From: Hemiscyllium ocellatum
Taxonomy: Eukaryota
Assembly: GCF_020745735.1 (NCBI RefSeq)
Contig: NC_083447.1
Coordinates: 8,760,035-8,824,034 of the forward strand
Direction of reading: 5' to 3'
DNA: 64,000 nucleotides
Part shown: in pieces, positions 24,491-35,533 of the stretch
How the letters are laid out: every line of letters begins with the position of its first letter
Position numbering within the stretch: position 1 is the stretch's first letter
Made by a program: the position numbers and the translations under genes
The notes under the pieces: model-generated
Told to the model about the DNA's origin: nothing
What the model saw: only the letters and a program-made list of their open reading frames with translations
Databases searched by the model: none

Positions 24491-27400
24491 TCCCACTCAT
24501 CGGGGAATGGGGAAGCGTGCACTTGCATTGCCGTAGCGCCTCTCACGACTGCTGGGAGCCCCCCTGCAGCCACTAAACGGACCCTGGGAGCTGGAATTTA
24601 GGGAAAAGAGAGGAGGGTCGGGAGTGGGTGGTTGCTTGGGATGGGGATGTGGGAACTGATGAGGTGTGCACTCCAAGATCCCACGAATAGGCCTGTGATC
24701 TTACAGCAAAAAGGGCTGGTACCAAGAGACCAGCAGATGTACCAAAGCTACTGGTGGCCAATGACGCACCACATGGATTACATTCACTTTGTTGGAAACC
24801 TTTCAGCCAATTTAGAGTCATACAGCACAGAAACAGACCCTTTGGTCTAACCCATCCGTGCTAAGTTTCCCAAACTGAAATAGTCCCATTTGCCAGGGTT
24901 TGGCCCATATCTCTCTCTAAACCTTTCCTGTTCAGGTACTGTCCAAATGTCTTTTAAATGTTGTGACTGTACCCACATCTACTACTTCCTCTGGCAGTCC
25001 ATTCCACACACAAACCACCCTCTGTGTGAAAATGTTGCCTCTTAGGTCCCTTTTAAATCTTTCTCCACTCACTTTAAAAATACGCCCCTTAGTTTTGAAA
25101 TCCCCTACTTAGGGAAAAGACCCCTGTCATTCACCTTATCCATGCCCCTCATGATTTTATAAACCTCTATAAGGTCGCCCCTCAACCTCCTATGCTACAA
25201 TGAAAATAATCCCAGCTTCTCCCGATATCTCATTCCCGGCAACGCTGGCCAAACGCTGGGCCAAATTCTGACAAATGGGACTAGTTCAGTTTGGGAATTC
25301 CAGGCGGGCCTGTGGAACTCATTGCCATGGAGTGCAGTGGAGGCTGGGACGTTAAATGGCTTCAAGGCAGAGATTGATAAATTCTTGATCTCACAAAGGA
25401 TTAAGAGGTACGGGGAGAGTGCGGGTGAGTGGGGTTGAAATGCCCATCAGCCATGATTAAATGGCGGAGTGGACGCGATGGGCCGAATGGCCTTACTTCC
25501 ACTCCTATGTCTTATGATCATTTAACACCTTGCTAAATCTCTTATGAACCTTCTCTAACTTAATAATATCCTTCCTGTAACAGAGAGACCAAAATGGGAC
25601 ACAGTACTCCAGAAAAGGCCTCACCAATGTCCTGTACAACCTCAACATGACATCCCAACTCTAATACTCAAAGGTCTGAGCAATGAAAGCAGGCACGCTA
25701 AACGCCTTCTTAACCACCCTGTCTACATGTGATGCAAACGTCAAACAACTGCAAAAGGAAATGACCAGATCATTGAATTGATGTGTCATTGATTGAGGGA
25801 TGAATATTGTCAGGGCAATGTGGATAACAATCTTCTTGTTGTGACAATGCTTTAAGGCATGTCCTGTTTACAGCCACTGACTCCCCCCTCTCACCTTCCT
25901 TTTTTTAATACTCCATTGCATTTGAAATAAAGGACGCTAGTCCATCTGCCAACCTGTTACCCACTGAACCTGGATGCTAACCTTACGTGATTCATGCACT
26001 CAGACACTGCCATCTCCCCTTCCCCCAGTTCCTATGTTCAGTAGCTTCCTGCAGTCTTTCCCTATTTAATAATAGTCAGCTCTTCTCCACTTTCTGCCAA
26101 AGTGCACACAAGCAGCAGTGACCAGTTAATATGCATTAGCCATGTTGACCAAAGAAGAGTCAGGTCCCTGGGGGTTGGTCTCCCTCCTCTTCTGTGAGGT
26201 AGTGGTGTTGCATCATTTGCAACAGTATGAGTTGGAGTCAATACATGCGGCTGAAGAGGCACAGCAGAGTCCCAGCCCGAGACATTGACTTTCCTGCTCC
26301 TCAGATGCTGTCTGACCCGCTGTGCTTCTCCAGCTCCACGGCTATTGAGCCTGGCTTCCAGCATCTGCAGTCCTTACTGTCTCCAAGCCTGGGTAGGACT
26401 TCAGTGTGATGCACAGAACAAACCTAACGTACTCAATATCCCCTTGTGTGTGGCTCAGTGGTTAGCACTGCTGCCTCACAGTGCCAGGGACTCAGGTTTG
26501 ATTCCAGCCTTGTGTGACTGTCTGTGTGGTGTTTGTACGTTCTCCCTGTGTCTGTGCGAGTTTGCTCTGGTTTCCTCCCACAGTCCGAAGATGTGTAGGT
26601 TAGGGTGGATTGGCTGTGCTAAATTGCCCCATAGTGTTCAGGGATGTGCAGGCTATGTGAGTTAGCCATGGGAGACGTAGGGCTTATGGAGATTAGGTGG
26701 GATTCCCTTCATAGGGTTGGTATGCATTCTGTGCGCTGTAGGGACTCCATGAGATGTTTTTAAGGGAATCCCCTATACCTGGGATTAACCATGTGACACT
26801 AATCTTCGGAGGCCATCACTGACAATGCAGCCGTCCCACAGCACTGCATAGGGACAGTCAGCTGAGATCAGCAACTCTGAAGCAGGACATGACCCTACTA
26901 TTCCTTATATATATTTGTGGGATGTGGGTGTCACCCATCCCTAATTGCCCAGAGGGAGAGTCAATCACATTGCTCTGGGTCTGGAGTTACCTATAGGCCA
27001 GACCAGATAAGGATGGCAGATTTCCTTCCCCAAAGGACATCAGTGAATGTTCTGACTCAGAGACACAACTGCCATGATCCTTAAGGAATATTCAGTTACA
27101 ATTTTTAACCAAGACGAAACATCCTTTTAGATTGGCACCACATCCACAAGTAAAAAATGAGGTCTGCAGATGCTGGAGATCACAGCTGAAAATATGTTGC
27201 TGGTTAAAGCACAGCAGGTTAGGCAGCATCCAAGGAACAGGAAATTCGACGTTTCGGGCATAAGCCCTTCATCAGGAATCCTGATGTTCCTTGGATGCTG
27301 CCTAACCTGCTGTGCTTTAACCAGCAACACATTTTCAACCACATCCACAAGTATCAACTACCTCGACCACTGATGCTCAGTAGCAGCAGTGTGTACCACC

Positions 27401-27829
27401 TACAAGACGCACTGCAGCAGCTCACCAAAGATCCTCAGGCAGCACCTTCCAAACCCACGACCACTTCCATCTAGAAGGACAAGGGCAGCAGATACATGGG
27501 AGCACCACCCCCTGCAAGTTCACCTCCACTCACCATTCCAATTCGGAAATATATCGCCGTTCCTTCAGTATCGCTGAGTCAAAATCCTGGAATTCCCTCC
27601 CTGAAGTGCACTGTAGTCAACCCACAGCACACAGACAGCAGCAGTTCAAGAAGGCAGCTCACCCCCACCTTCTCAAGGGGGCAATTAGAGACAGGCAATA
27701 ACTGTTGGCCCACATCCAACATATGAGTGAAAAAAAACGCACAGCCCTCCCTTCTCCTGAGCAGAGAAGGAATGCAGTGTAAAGAGATCAGAAACAAAAA
27801 CACGAGCCAGAATTCAGAAAGGAAAAAGC

Positions 27830-28129
27830 TTTAATGTACAATTATATTTCCGGAGGGGGTGTTTAAAAAAATAAAATGTTCCTTTTGTTTGGAGAAACAG
27901 CCATTTCTTGAATCACTGTCCAATATCGAAAAAAACTCTGATTGTTGATCGATGTAAATAAACCATAAGTCCGTCCCCTCGTTCACTGGGGGGTGTCCCT
28001 CGGAAAATTGTCCTTATTTTTCAACATTATTGGTGCTGCCATCGCTATCTATCTACAGATATTTCTTCTTTATATTTTACACTGTACATTCAGCGGGAGG
28101 TCTTTCCTCTCTGCTCCCCGCGTGCGCTC
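27830..28129 (-). promoter_or_regulatory. nanos2 3'UTR with ATTAAA polyA signal
   Basis: Repeat-free, AU-rich stretch of about 300 nt; ATTAAA on - at 27830-27835; UUUUAU at 27871-27876; UGUAGAUA at 28050-28057. Confidence 0.6.
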
Positions 28130-28594
28130 TCAGCGTTTCGATCTCTTGCCGACGGAGTTCCGCCCGTGGCTGCGATACAGGGACTGCCTCTCGGGGTTGA
28201 AGCCACAGTATTTCAGGGTGTGCGCGGTGTCGCCGGTCGCCTGGCACAGCGGGCAGACGTAGTTGCGCAGGATCGGGCACAGCACCCTGCCGCTCTCCGT
28301 CTTCAGCGCGTGTGAGGCGTACACCTTCCGCGACTCGCCGTTGTGCTTGCAGAAGGTGCAGACCCCCCCCGCCCTCTTCGACGGCTTCTCAGCGCCCGGC
28401 CTGCTGGCGCCAGGGGGTGGGGCCTCCGTACCCGCCTCCAAGGCTCCGTCGGCCAGCGGGCTGACCGTACCCAGCTCCTGCCCGCCCGCCACGGGCCTCC
28501 AGATCTCCTCCACCCTCATCGACAGCTGCAAGTAGTCCTTCCATAAGTCAAACTCCTGGCTCCGGGGAGAGTGCGTCTGGGGCTTTCCGTCCAT
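28130..28594 (-). CDS. nanos2: Nanos homolog 2 (154 aa)
   Basis: NOT1-interacting motif FDLWKDYLQL; tandem CCHC nanos fingers CTFCKHNGE...SHALK...CPILRNYVCPLCQATGDTAHTLKYC; nanos2-type C-terminus QSLYRSHGRNSVGKRSKR. First in-frame ATG is at 28594. Confidence 0.93.
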   Translation of the reverse strand: MDGKPQTHSPRSQEFDLWKDYLQLSMRVEEIWRPVAGGQELGTVSPLADGALEAGTEAPPPGASRPGAEKPSKRAGGVCTFCKHNGESRKVYASHALKTESGRVLCPILRNYVCPLCQATGDTAHTLKYCGFNPERQSLYRSHGRNSVGKRSKR

Positions 28595-29221
28595 GGGGGC
28601 GGGGGGGGGGGCTGGGGTGGGAGTTTTGGGGGTGCTGAACCTATTGAGGAACCCTACCAACTGCTCACCCCAGGAGCAGTGTCACCAGTAATCCATCAGG
28701 ATTCTTTAAAGGGTCAGAGGAGAGGAGGGGTTGTAGCAATGAAATACCAGGAGGGTGTGGCCATGTGTATTTTAATTTTAAAGCCCACTTGTTATAGTTT
28801 CTGGTCCCAGGCAGGTATCAAGTTTACAGAGATTTCTGTCTCTCTCAAAACACACAGGCGCACCCTCTCCAGCACCTCTCCCCCACCTCGCAGAGCCCAT
28901 GACAGTCTGTTACACACTCCTAAATTCAACTTGCATTGCTCAACTGACTGAATGCAAAGTGAAAAAGTCAGCATGCAACCAGTTGCATTCCTTCTCCAGT
29001 GTTCAAGCTGCAGGCCAGAACTCTACTATCTGCTGGGTTTGCACTGGCTGGGTGAGCAAGGGAGGCGAGGCCGGGAGGGAGGAGGTTTTGGGGAGGCAGG
29101 GGACTGGCTCTTGTCAGCAGGGAAAAAGCAGTACGCAGTCTAATCCCTCCGGGTACCTGCACAGCTCCCACGAGGCAAGGACTCCCGACTGGACACCCCC
29201 TATCGCCCGTCCCACTCCAGT

Positions 29222-29530
29222 CCGGTCGCTATTGCAATGCAGGAAGAGGGGCAGCAGCGGGGCGGGTTGGCGGCACAGTGCGATCCCGCAAACAGCAATG
29301 CGATGACGGGGATGAGGGTGAGGTCAGATCGTTTCTTTCCCTGGGTGATGGTGAGCCAGGCCATGGAACGTGAGCCCCCACAGGAGACCGCGGGAGAACA
29401 CGGACGATGTTGAACGTCTCGTCCAGAAGATGGCAACGCACCCCCTCACTCCGCAACCCCCCTCCGACCACACCCCACAACTGCGCAGCAACTCCCTCAG
29501 TACTGCACGTGATGGGGAGCCTGGAACCGC
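29222..29530 (-). mobile_element. Ancient Deu-domain SINE (SacSINE1/AmnSINE1-like) upstream of nanos2
   Basis: Minus strand GTGCAGTACTGAGGGAGTTGCTGC...TGCCATCTTCTGGACGAGACGTT...CATTGCTGTTTGCGGGATC, colinear with the recalled DeuSINE consensus. Confidence 0.6.
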
Positions 29531-31094
29531 AATGTGCCAGATCATCAATGTTAACCCTGAGTTTCCATTTCTCGTAATTAAACACCCCCTCCCACCTTCA
29601 TAAACACTCTCTTTGTGTCCTCCTCTCCCCCCCCACTTCCTGACCACCCCTCCCTATACAGGTATCCCCCCTTTCCAAAGGTTCACTCTACACCACTTCA
29701 CTTTTCTGATCGAACTACATTAATACCTGTTTTCGCTAATCAAAATAAATCCAAAGAGGATTTTCACTTTTACATTAAAAAGGCAAACTTTTTCCCATCT
29801 TAATGCTTCTTCGCTTTATGCCATTTCGGCCTACGAATGGTTTCACAGAAACGCTCTACTTCCAGGTAGCGCGGGGAAACACCTGTACACAAACTTCATC
29901 CGTTTGACAGCTGGTCTGATTCTGACCTTTATAAGTAAGCAACATCGGCAGCTCAACAAACAGCAATTGCACCCTTCAGGGCAGCACGGTGGCTCAGTGG
30001 TTAGCACTGCTGCTTCACGGTCCCAGGTTCGATTCCAGCCTCGGGCGACTGTCTGTGTGGAGTTTGCACATTCTCCCCGTGTCTGCGTGGGTTTCCTCTC
30101 ACAGTCCAAAGATGTGCAGGTCAGGGTGAATTGGCCATGCTAAATTGCCCGTAGTGTTTGGTGCGTTAGTCAGAGGGAAATGGAGAGAGTGAGGGCTGGA
30201 GATCAGAGCTGAAAATGTGTTGCTGGAAAAGCGCAGCAGGTCAGGCAGCATCCAAAGAGCAGGAGAATCAACGTTGATTCTCCTGCTCTTTGGATGCTGC
30301 CTGACCTGCTGCGCTTTTCCAGCAACACATTTTCAGCTCGGAGGGAAATGGGTCTGGGTGGGTTACTCTTCGGAGTGTGAGAAACAAAGCTGACACTGAT
30401 GTGAGTTCATTCACCTTGTATCAGAAATTATAATTGAGAATTGCAGAAGTAACATTAATTTACCATATCCCACAGGAGGATCAGTGTGGACTGGGTGGGC
30501 CGAAGGGCCTGTTTCCACACTGTAGGGAATCTAATCTAATGGCAAATGTGGAATTGTTCTCAGACCTGAGCAAATTGGAGGCCATTCAGCCCCTCAAGCT
30601 TGCTTTGCCGTTCATAGAAAATACGCAGGAGCAGGTCTTTCGAGGCTGCTCCACCATTCATGGCTGACTGTGCAACTCCCTTGTTCCTGCTTCTCCCTAC
30701 CTTGATCCCTTTAGCCTTAAGGACTATATCTAACTCCTTCTTGAAAACATTCAATATTTTGGCCTCTATCATTTTCTATGCCTATTCAAAATGACTGTGA
30801 CTCAGCTTTAACCTCAACAGCATTTTTCCTGGCATTTTGCATTTCCCTTGATTTCTTAAGTCTCCAACTATTGACCTCATCCGAAAGGTACTTAATGATT
30901 TAACATCCAGAGCTCTCTGGGTTAGCAACTTCCAAAATTCACAACCAGTGGAAAGAGGACTGTAGTGATTGGAACTGGGTCGGCCAGGTGGTCCTCATGG
31001 AACCTGAGTTCCCTGACTGGGGCTGTTAACCTGCTCCAATCAGGAAGCCCTGGCTGACAGATAGAAACAGGTCCAGGCATCAGGCTGTGGATGG

Positions 31095-31390
31095 GGTCGT
31101 TAGGGCGGACTGCCTGCCCCTCTTCTGAGGTTACGTTAGAGCCCGGGTGTCCTTGGAGAAGGAGCACACAGTGTCCACCAACACCCTGGAGTTGTTCAGG
31201 GAGAGGTGGGTGCCGCAGGGAGTGGAGTGCATCATTTCCCCCTCCAACTCTATTTTGATTTAGTCCCTGCCCTCCCCTTCACTGTTTGTTCACACAGCAT
31301 TGCCCTTTGATGTGAAGGGCCCTGCTCGTCACTGGCCCCACTCGGGTGTTTCCTTTCTTCCTGGTGGTGGAAATTTGAATAAAGATTCGT
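31095..31390 (+). mobile_element. Tx1/L1-type LINE 3' end, apparently nested in a solo-LTR-like element (about 30961-31772)
   Basis: Reads DCLPLF*GYVRARVSLEKEH...FRERW..QGVECII; AATAAA at about 31378; AAACAGG repeated on both sides of the nested block. Confidence 0.55.
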
Positions 31391-33654
31391 GCACCTTGTG
31401 TGTCTCACTGTGTCTCACACCTGCACACACACACACAACATGGGTGCTGGGGAAAAAATACGCACTACCGCAGTTAGGCGGTAGTGTGGGGGTAATAAAA
31501 AGAAAGAGCAAAAAAAAGGAGCAGGCAATGTCCTGCATCCTGGATCAGTGGTGCTGGAAGAGCACAGCAGTTCAGGCAGCATCCAAAGTGCAGCGAAATC
31601 GATGTTTCGGGCATGTCCGACATCCTGTTCACTCTGAGAGAAGAAAATAAACAGGAGTGTCTGGGGTTCTGCTCACTCTGAGAGCTGGCTCTGAGGGAGC
31701 TGGAGCAGCATTAAGGACTCTCCACGTGTAAATAAAGCGGGATGGGATATCGGCCTCTGTGCAGTTATTTCACAGACATTTCTCGCCTCGGTGTCAAATG
31801 ACCAACCCCTTCTCTGTGACCCCCCCTATTCCTGAATTCTCAAGCCAGGAAACAATTCGAATGTTCGCTGGTGAAAGGGTCGGCTGACAAAAGGTGTGAG
31901 TTTTATTTTCAGGCAGGGGTTGTGGACATCGTTGGTTGGGCCAGCATTTATTGCCCATCCCTAATCGCTCAGGGGGCAGTTCAGAGTGTGGAGTCACGTG
32001 TAGGCCAGACCAGGTATGGGTGACAGATTTCCTTCCCTAAAGGACATTGATGAACCAGGAAAGCCAATCGCTTACAGAGGCTACATCCTCTGTTAAGACC
32101 TATGTTTTGATGTGGAGGAGCTGGTCTTGGAATGGGGTGGACAAAGTTAAAAATCACACAACCCCAGGTTATAGTCCAACAGGTTTATTTGGAAGCACTA
32201 GCTTTTGGAGCACTGCTCTTTCATCAGGTAGTTGTGGAGCAGGATCATAAGACACAGAACTTATAGCAAACGATTACAGTGTCATGGAACTGAAATGATA
32301 TATTGAACAAACATACGTTAACAGCAATCTTCACAAATGCAAATAATACATAACACACTATTTTTTTTATGACTATGCAGAAGTGAAGGTGAGACTTATA
32401 GGATTTGAACACAGGACCCCAGAACATTACCTAGGCCTCTGCACCAGCAGTCCAACAATAACACCACTAGGCCATAGCCTCCTAATAGTACCTCTTGCTC
32501 AGGGTTACTGTTAAAGAAAAGACCGGGTATTTGGGATTCATGATCAATTCAGCTCAAAAAACTAACCTCAAGGGTCCCAAACAGCAACCTGAAAGGGACA
32601 GACAAGGTTAAAAGCCAACTGCAGCTCTACACATCACAGGCTGTACAGGACATCAGTGAGGCCTCTTCTGGAGTAATGCTCCAGTTGTGGCCACCATGTT
32701 ACAGGGAGGAATGCCATTAAACTGAAGAGGGTTCAGAAAAGATTTACCAGGATGTTGCTGGGAATGGAAGGTTTGAGACATAGAAATGGACTGGGACTTT
32801 TTTTTCCCTGCAGCTTGGGAGGTGGAGGGGGTGACCTTATTGAAATTTATAAACTCATGGGGAGCACAAATAAGGTGAATGAGAAGGGTCTTTTTCTTAG
32901 GGGGAGGGATTTGAAGATTTAGGGGCATGTTTATCAGGCGAAAGGAGAAGATTCACGGAGGATTTTATTTTATACAGAGAGTGGCTCGTGTGTGGGATGA
33001 ACTGCCAGAGAAGGTGGTGATTGCAGCTACAACGTTCAAAAGACATTTGAACACGAAAAGTTTGGAGGGGTATGGGCCGAGCGCGTGCGGGTTGGACTGG
33101 TTTATTTTGGGAACACGGTCACTGTGGTTAGGAGCAACACCGTGGCTCAGTGGTCAGCAATGCTGCCTTATGGATCCATGTTCAATTCCAGCCTCCGGTG
33201 ACTGCTTCCAGGGATATTACATGTTCTCCCTGTGTCTGTGTGGGTTTCTCCTGCAGTCTAAAGATATGCAGGTTAGGGTGGATTGGCCATGCTAAATTAC
33301 TCACAATGTGCTGGCTAAATGGGAAATAGAGGAGTGGGTCTGGGTGGGATGCTTTTCAAGGAGTTACTGTGGCCTTGATGACCTGTTACTGCAGGGATCC
33401 TACGGTTAGTTGGACCAAAGGGTCTGTTTCAGTGTTTTATGATATCCCATTCTCTGGGGGTGAGTTTCCCTTAGCTCCCACCGTTGCTTAGCAATGTCTC
33501 CAAGGAAGAAGCTCCACTCCACCTTCCCAGGCAGGAATAAGAAACCACAAGCCCTCCAGGAGGACCTGGGTGCCAACACTGATCCAGAATGGTCTCCCTC
33601 TGTACTGGAATAGTTTAGGGTGTAGGTTTGCTCGCTGAGCTGTAGGTTTGATAT

Positions 33655-33694
33655 CCAGATGTTTCATTACCTGGCTAGGTAACATCATCAGTGG
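33655..33694 (-). ncRNA. Minimal hammerhead motif, PLE family B, downstream of the GIY-YIG ORF
   Basis: CCA CUGAUGA U GUUACCU AGCC AGGUAAU GAAA C AUC UGG. Confidence 0.65.
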
Positions 33695-33930
33695 TGACCT
33701 CCAGGTGAAGTGAAGCTGTTGTCTCCTGCTTTCTATTTATATGTTTGTCCTGGATGGGGTTCCTAGGGTTTGTGGTGATGTCATTTCCTGTTCGTTTTCT
33801 GAGGGGTTGATAGATGGCATCTAGATCTATGTGTAAAAAATGAGGTCTGCAGATGCTGGAGATCACAGCTGAAAATGTGTTGCTGGTTAAAGCACAGCAG
33901 GTTAGGCAGCATCCAAGGAATAGGAAATTC

Positions 33931-33958
33931 GACGTTTCGGGCATAAGCCCTTCATCAG
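33931..33958 (-). ncRNA. Minimal hammerhead core, PLE family A
   Basis: CUGAUGA A GGGC UUAU GCCC GAAA CGUC. Confidence 0.7.
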
Positions 33959-34614
33959 GAAAGCCCTTCCTGATGAAGGGCTTATGCCCAAAACGTCGAA
34001 TTTCCTATTCCTTGGATGCTGCCTAACCTGCTGTGCTTTAACCAGCAACACATTTTCATCTAGATCTATGTGCTTGTTTATGGCGTTGTGGTTGGAGTGC
34101 CAGGCCTCTAGGAATTCTCCGGCATGTCTTTGCTTAGCCTGTCCCAGGATAGATGTGTTGTCCCAGTCGAATTGGTGGTTTTTTTTCATCCGTGTGTAGG
34201 GCTACGAGGGAGAGAGGGTCGTGTCTTTTTGTGGCTAGCTGGTGTTCATGTATCCTGGTGGCTAACTTTCTTCCTGTTTGTCCTACGTAGTGTTTGTGGC
34301 AGTCCTTGCATGGAATTTTGTAGATGACATTGGTTTTGTCCATGGGATGTGCTGGGCCTTTTAAGTTTGTTAGTTTTTGTTTGAGAGTGTTGGTGGGTTT
34401 GCGTGCTACCAGGATTCCGAGGGGTCTTAATAGTCTGGAATAGTTCTGTGATCGTGTCCTCAGGATTGTGATGTGGGAGCCGCAGCAGCTAATGACTCAC
34501 ACAGCAAGCACCCATAAACAGGCACGTGACAATAACAAGACCTACTTGCATTTATGTAGCTGCCTGAGCTTAATGAAATATCCCAATGTACCTCCCATGA
34601 GCGAAAGGTCAAAT

Positions 34615-35405
34615 GACAGTACAGACACAGACCCTTCAGTCCACCCAGTCCATGCTAACCACAATCCGAAACTGAACTAGTCCCAGCTGCCTGTTCCTGG
34701 CCAATGTCCCTCCAAACCTTTCCTGTTCATGTGTCCATCTAAATGTTCTTTAAATGTAACTGTACCCACATCCATCACTTCCTTGGGAAGTTCATTCTAC
34801 ACATGAATCACTCTCTATGGAAAAGATTTGCCCCACCATGTCTTTTTAAAATCTCTCTCACCTTAAAAATGTGCCCTTTAGTCTTGAAATCCCTCATCCC
34901 TGGGAAAATATATCTACCATTAACTCTATCTATACCCCTCATGACTTTATAAAATTTTATATGGTCACCTCTCAACCTCCTACATTCCAGGGAAAAATGT
35001 CCCAGCCTTTCTTTATAAAAACCTTGCACATCCGGCAACATCCTGGTAAATCTTTTCTGAATTCTCTCCAGTTTAATAATCTCCTTCCTATAACAGGGCG
35101 ACCAGAACTGGACATGGTATTCCAGAAGGGGTCTCAGCAGCATCCTGTACAACCTCAACGTAACGTCCCAACTCGCATACTCAAAGGTCTGAGCAATGAA
35201 GGCAAGCGTGCTAAATGCCTTCTTAACCACCCCGTCTACATGTGATGCAAACTTCAAAGAACTATGTACCTGCACCCCAGGTCCCTCTTTTAGCACTATC
35301 CAAGGCTCTACCGTTGATTGTATATGCCGTACCCTAAGTATGTTGTCCCAAAATGCAACACCTCGTATTTATCCAGACTGAACTCCCTCTGCCATTTTCC
35401 AGCCC
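34615..35405 (-). mobile_element. CR1 LINE 3' fragment
   Basis: LRPLLEYHVQFWSPCYRK...RRLRGD. Confidence 0.9.
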
Positions 35406-35492
35406 ATAGATCCCTTTGATCACCATCCCTGAAGAAACCAAGCCCTATAAAAAGAGAGGTGGGCCATACCACCAGCGCCTCACCAGACACTC

Positions 35493-35533
35493 TCACTGAT
35501 GATGTTACCTCATCATGGTGACGAAACATCTGA
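35493..35533 (+). ncRNA. Minimal hammerhead motif, PLE family B
   Basis: UCA CUGAUGA U GUUACC UCAUCAU GGUGAC GAAA C AUC UGA. Confidence 0.65.

Larger units (their letters stand above)
33620..34440 (-). mobile_element. Penelope/Poseidon-type GIY-YIG fragment with terminal repeat, interrupted by a family-A palindrome
   Basis: NVIYKIPCKDCHKHYVGQTGRKLATRIHEH...HQFDWDNTSILGQAK...EFLEAWHS...INKHIDLD|AIYQPLR. Confidence 0.9.

Noticed and set aside
28595-28660. Longer nanos2 N-terminus (176 aa)
   Set aside because: Non-ATG start that crosses a probable acceptor; ATG 28594 sits shortly before the NIM motif as expected.
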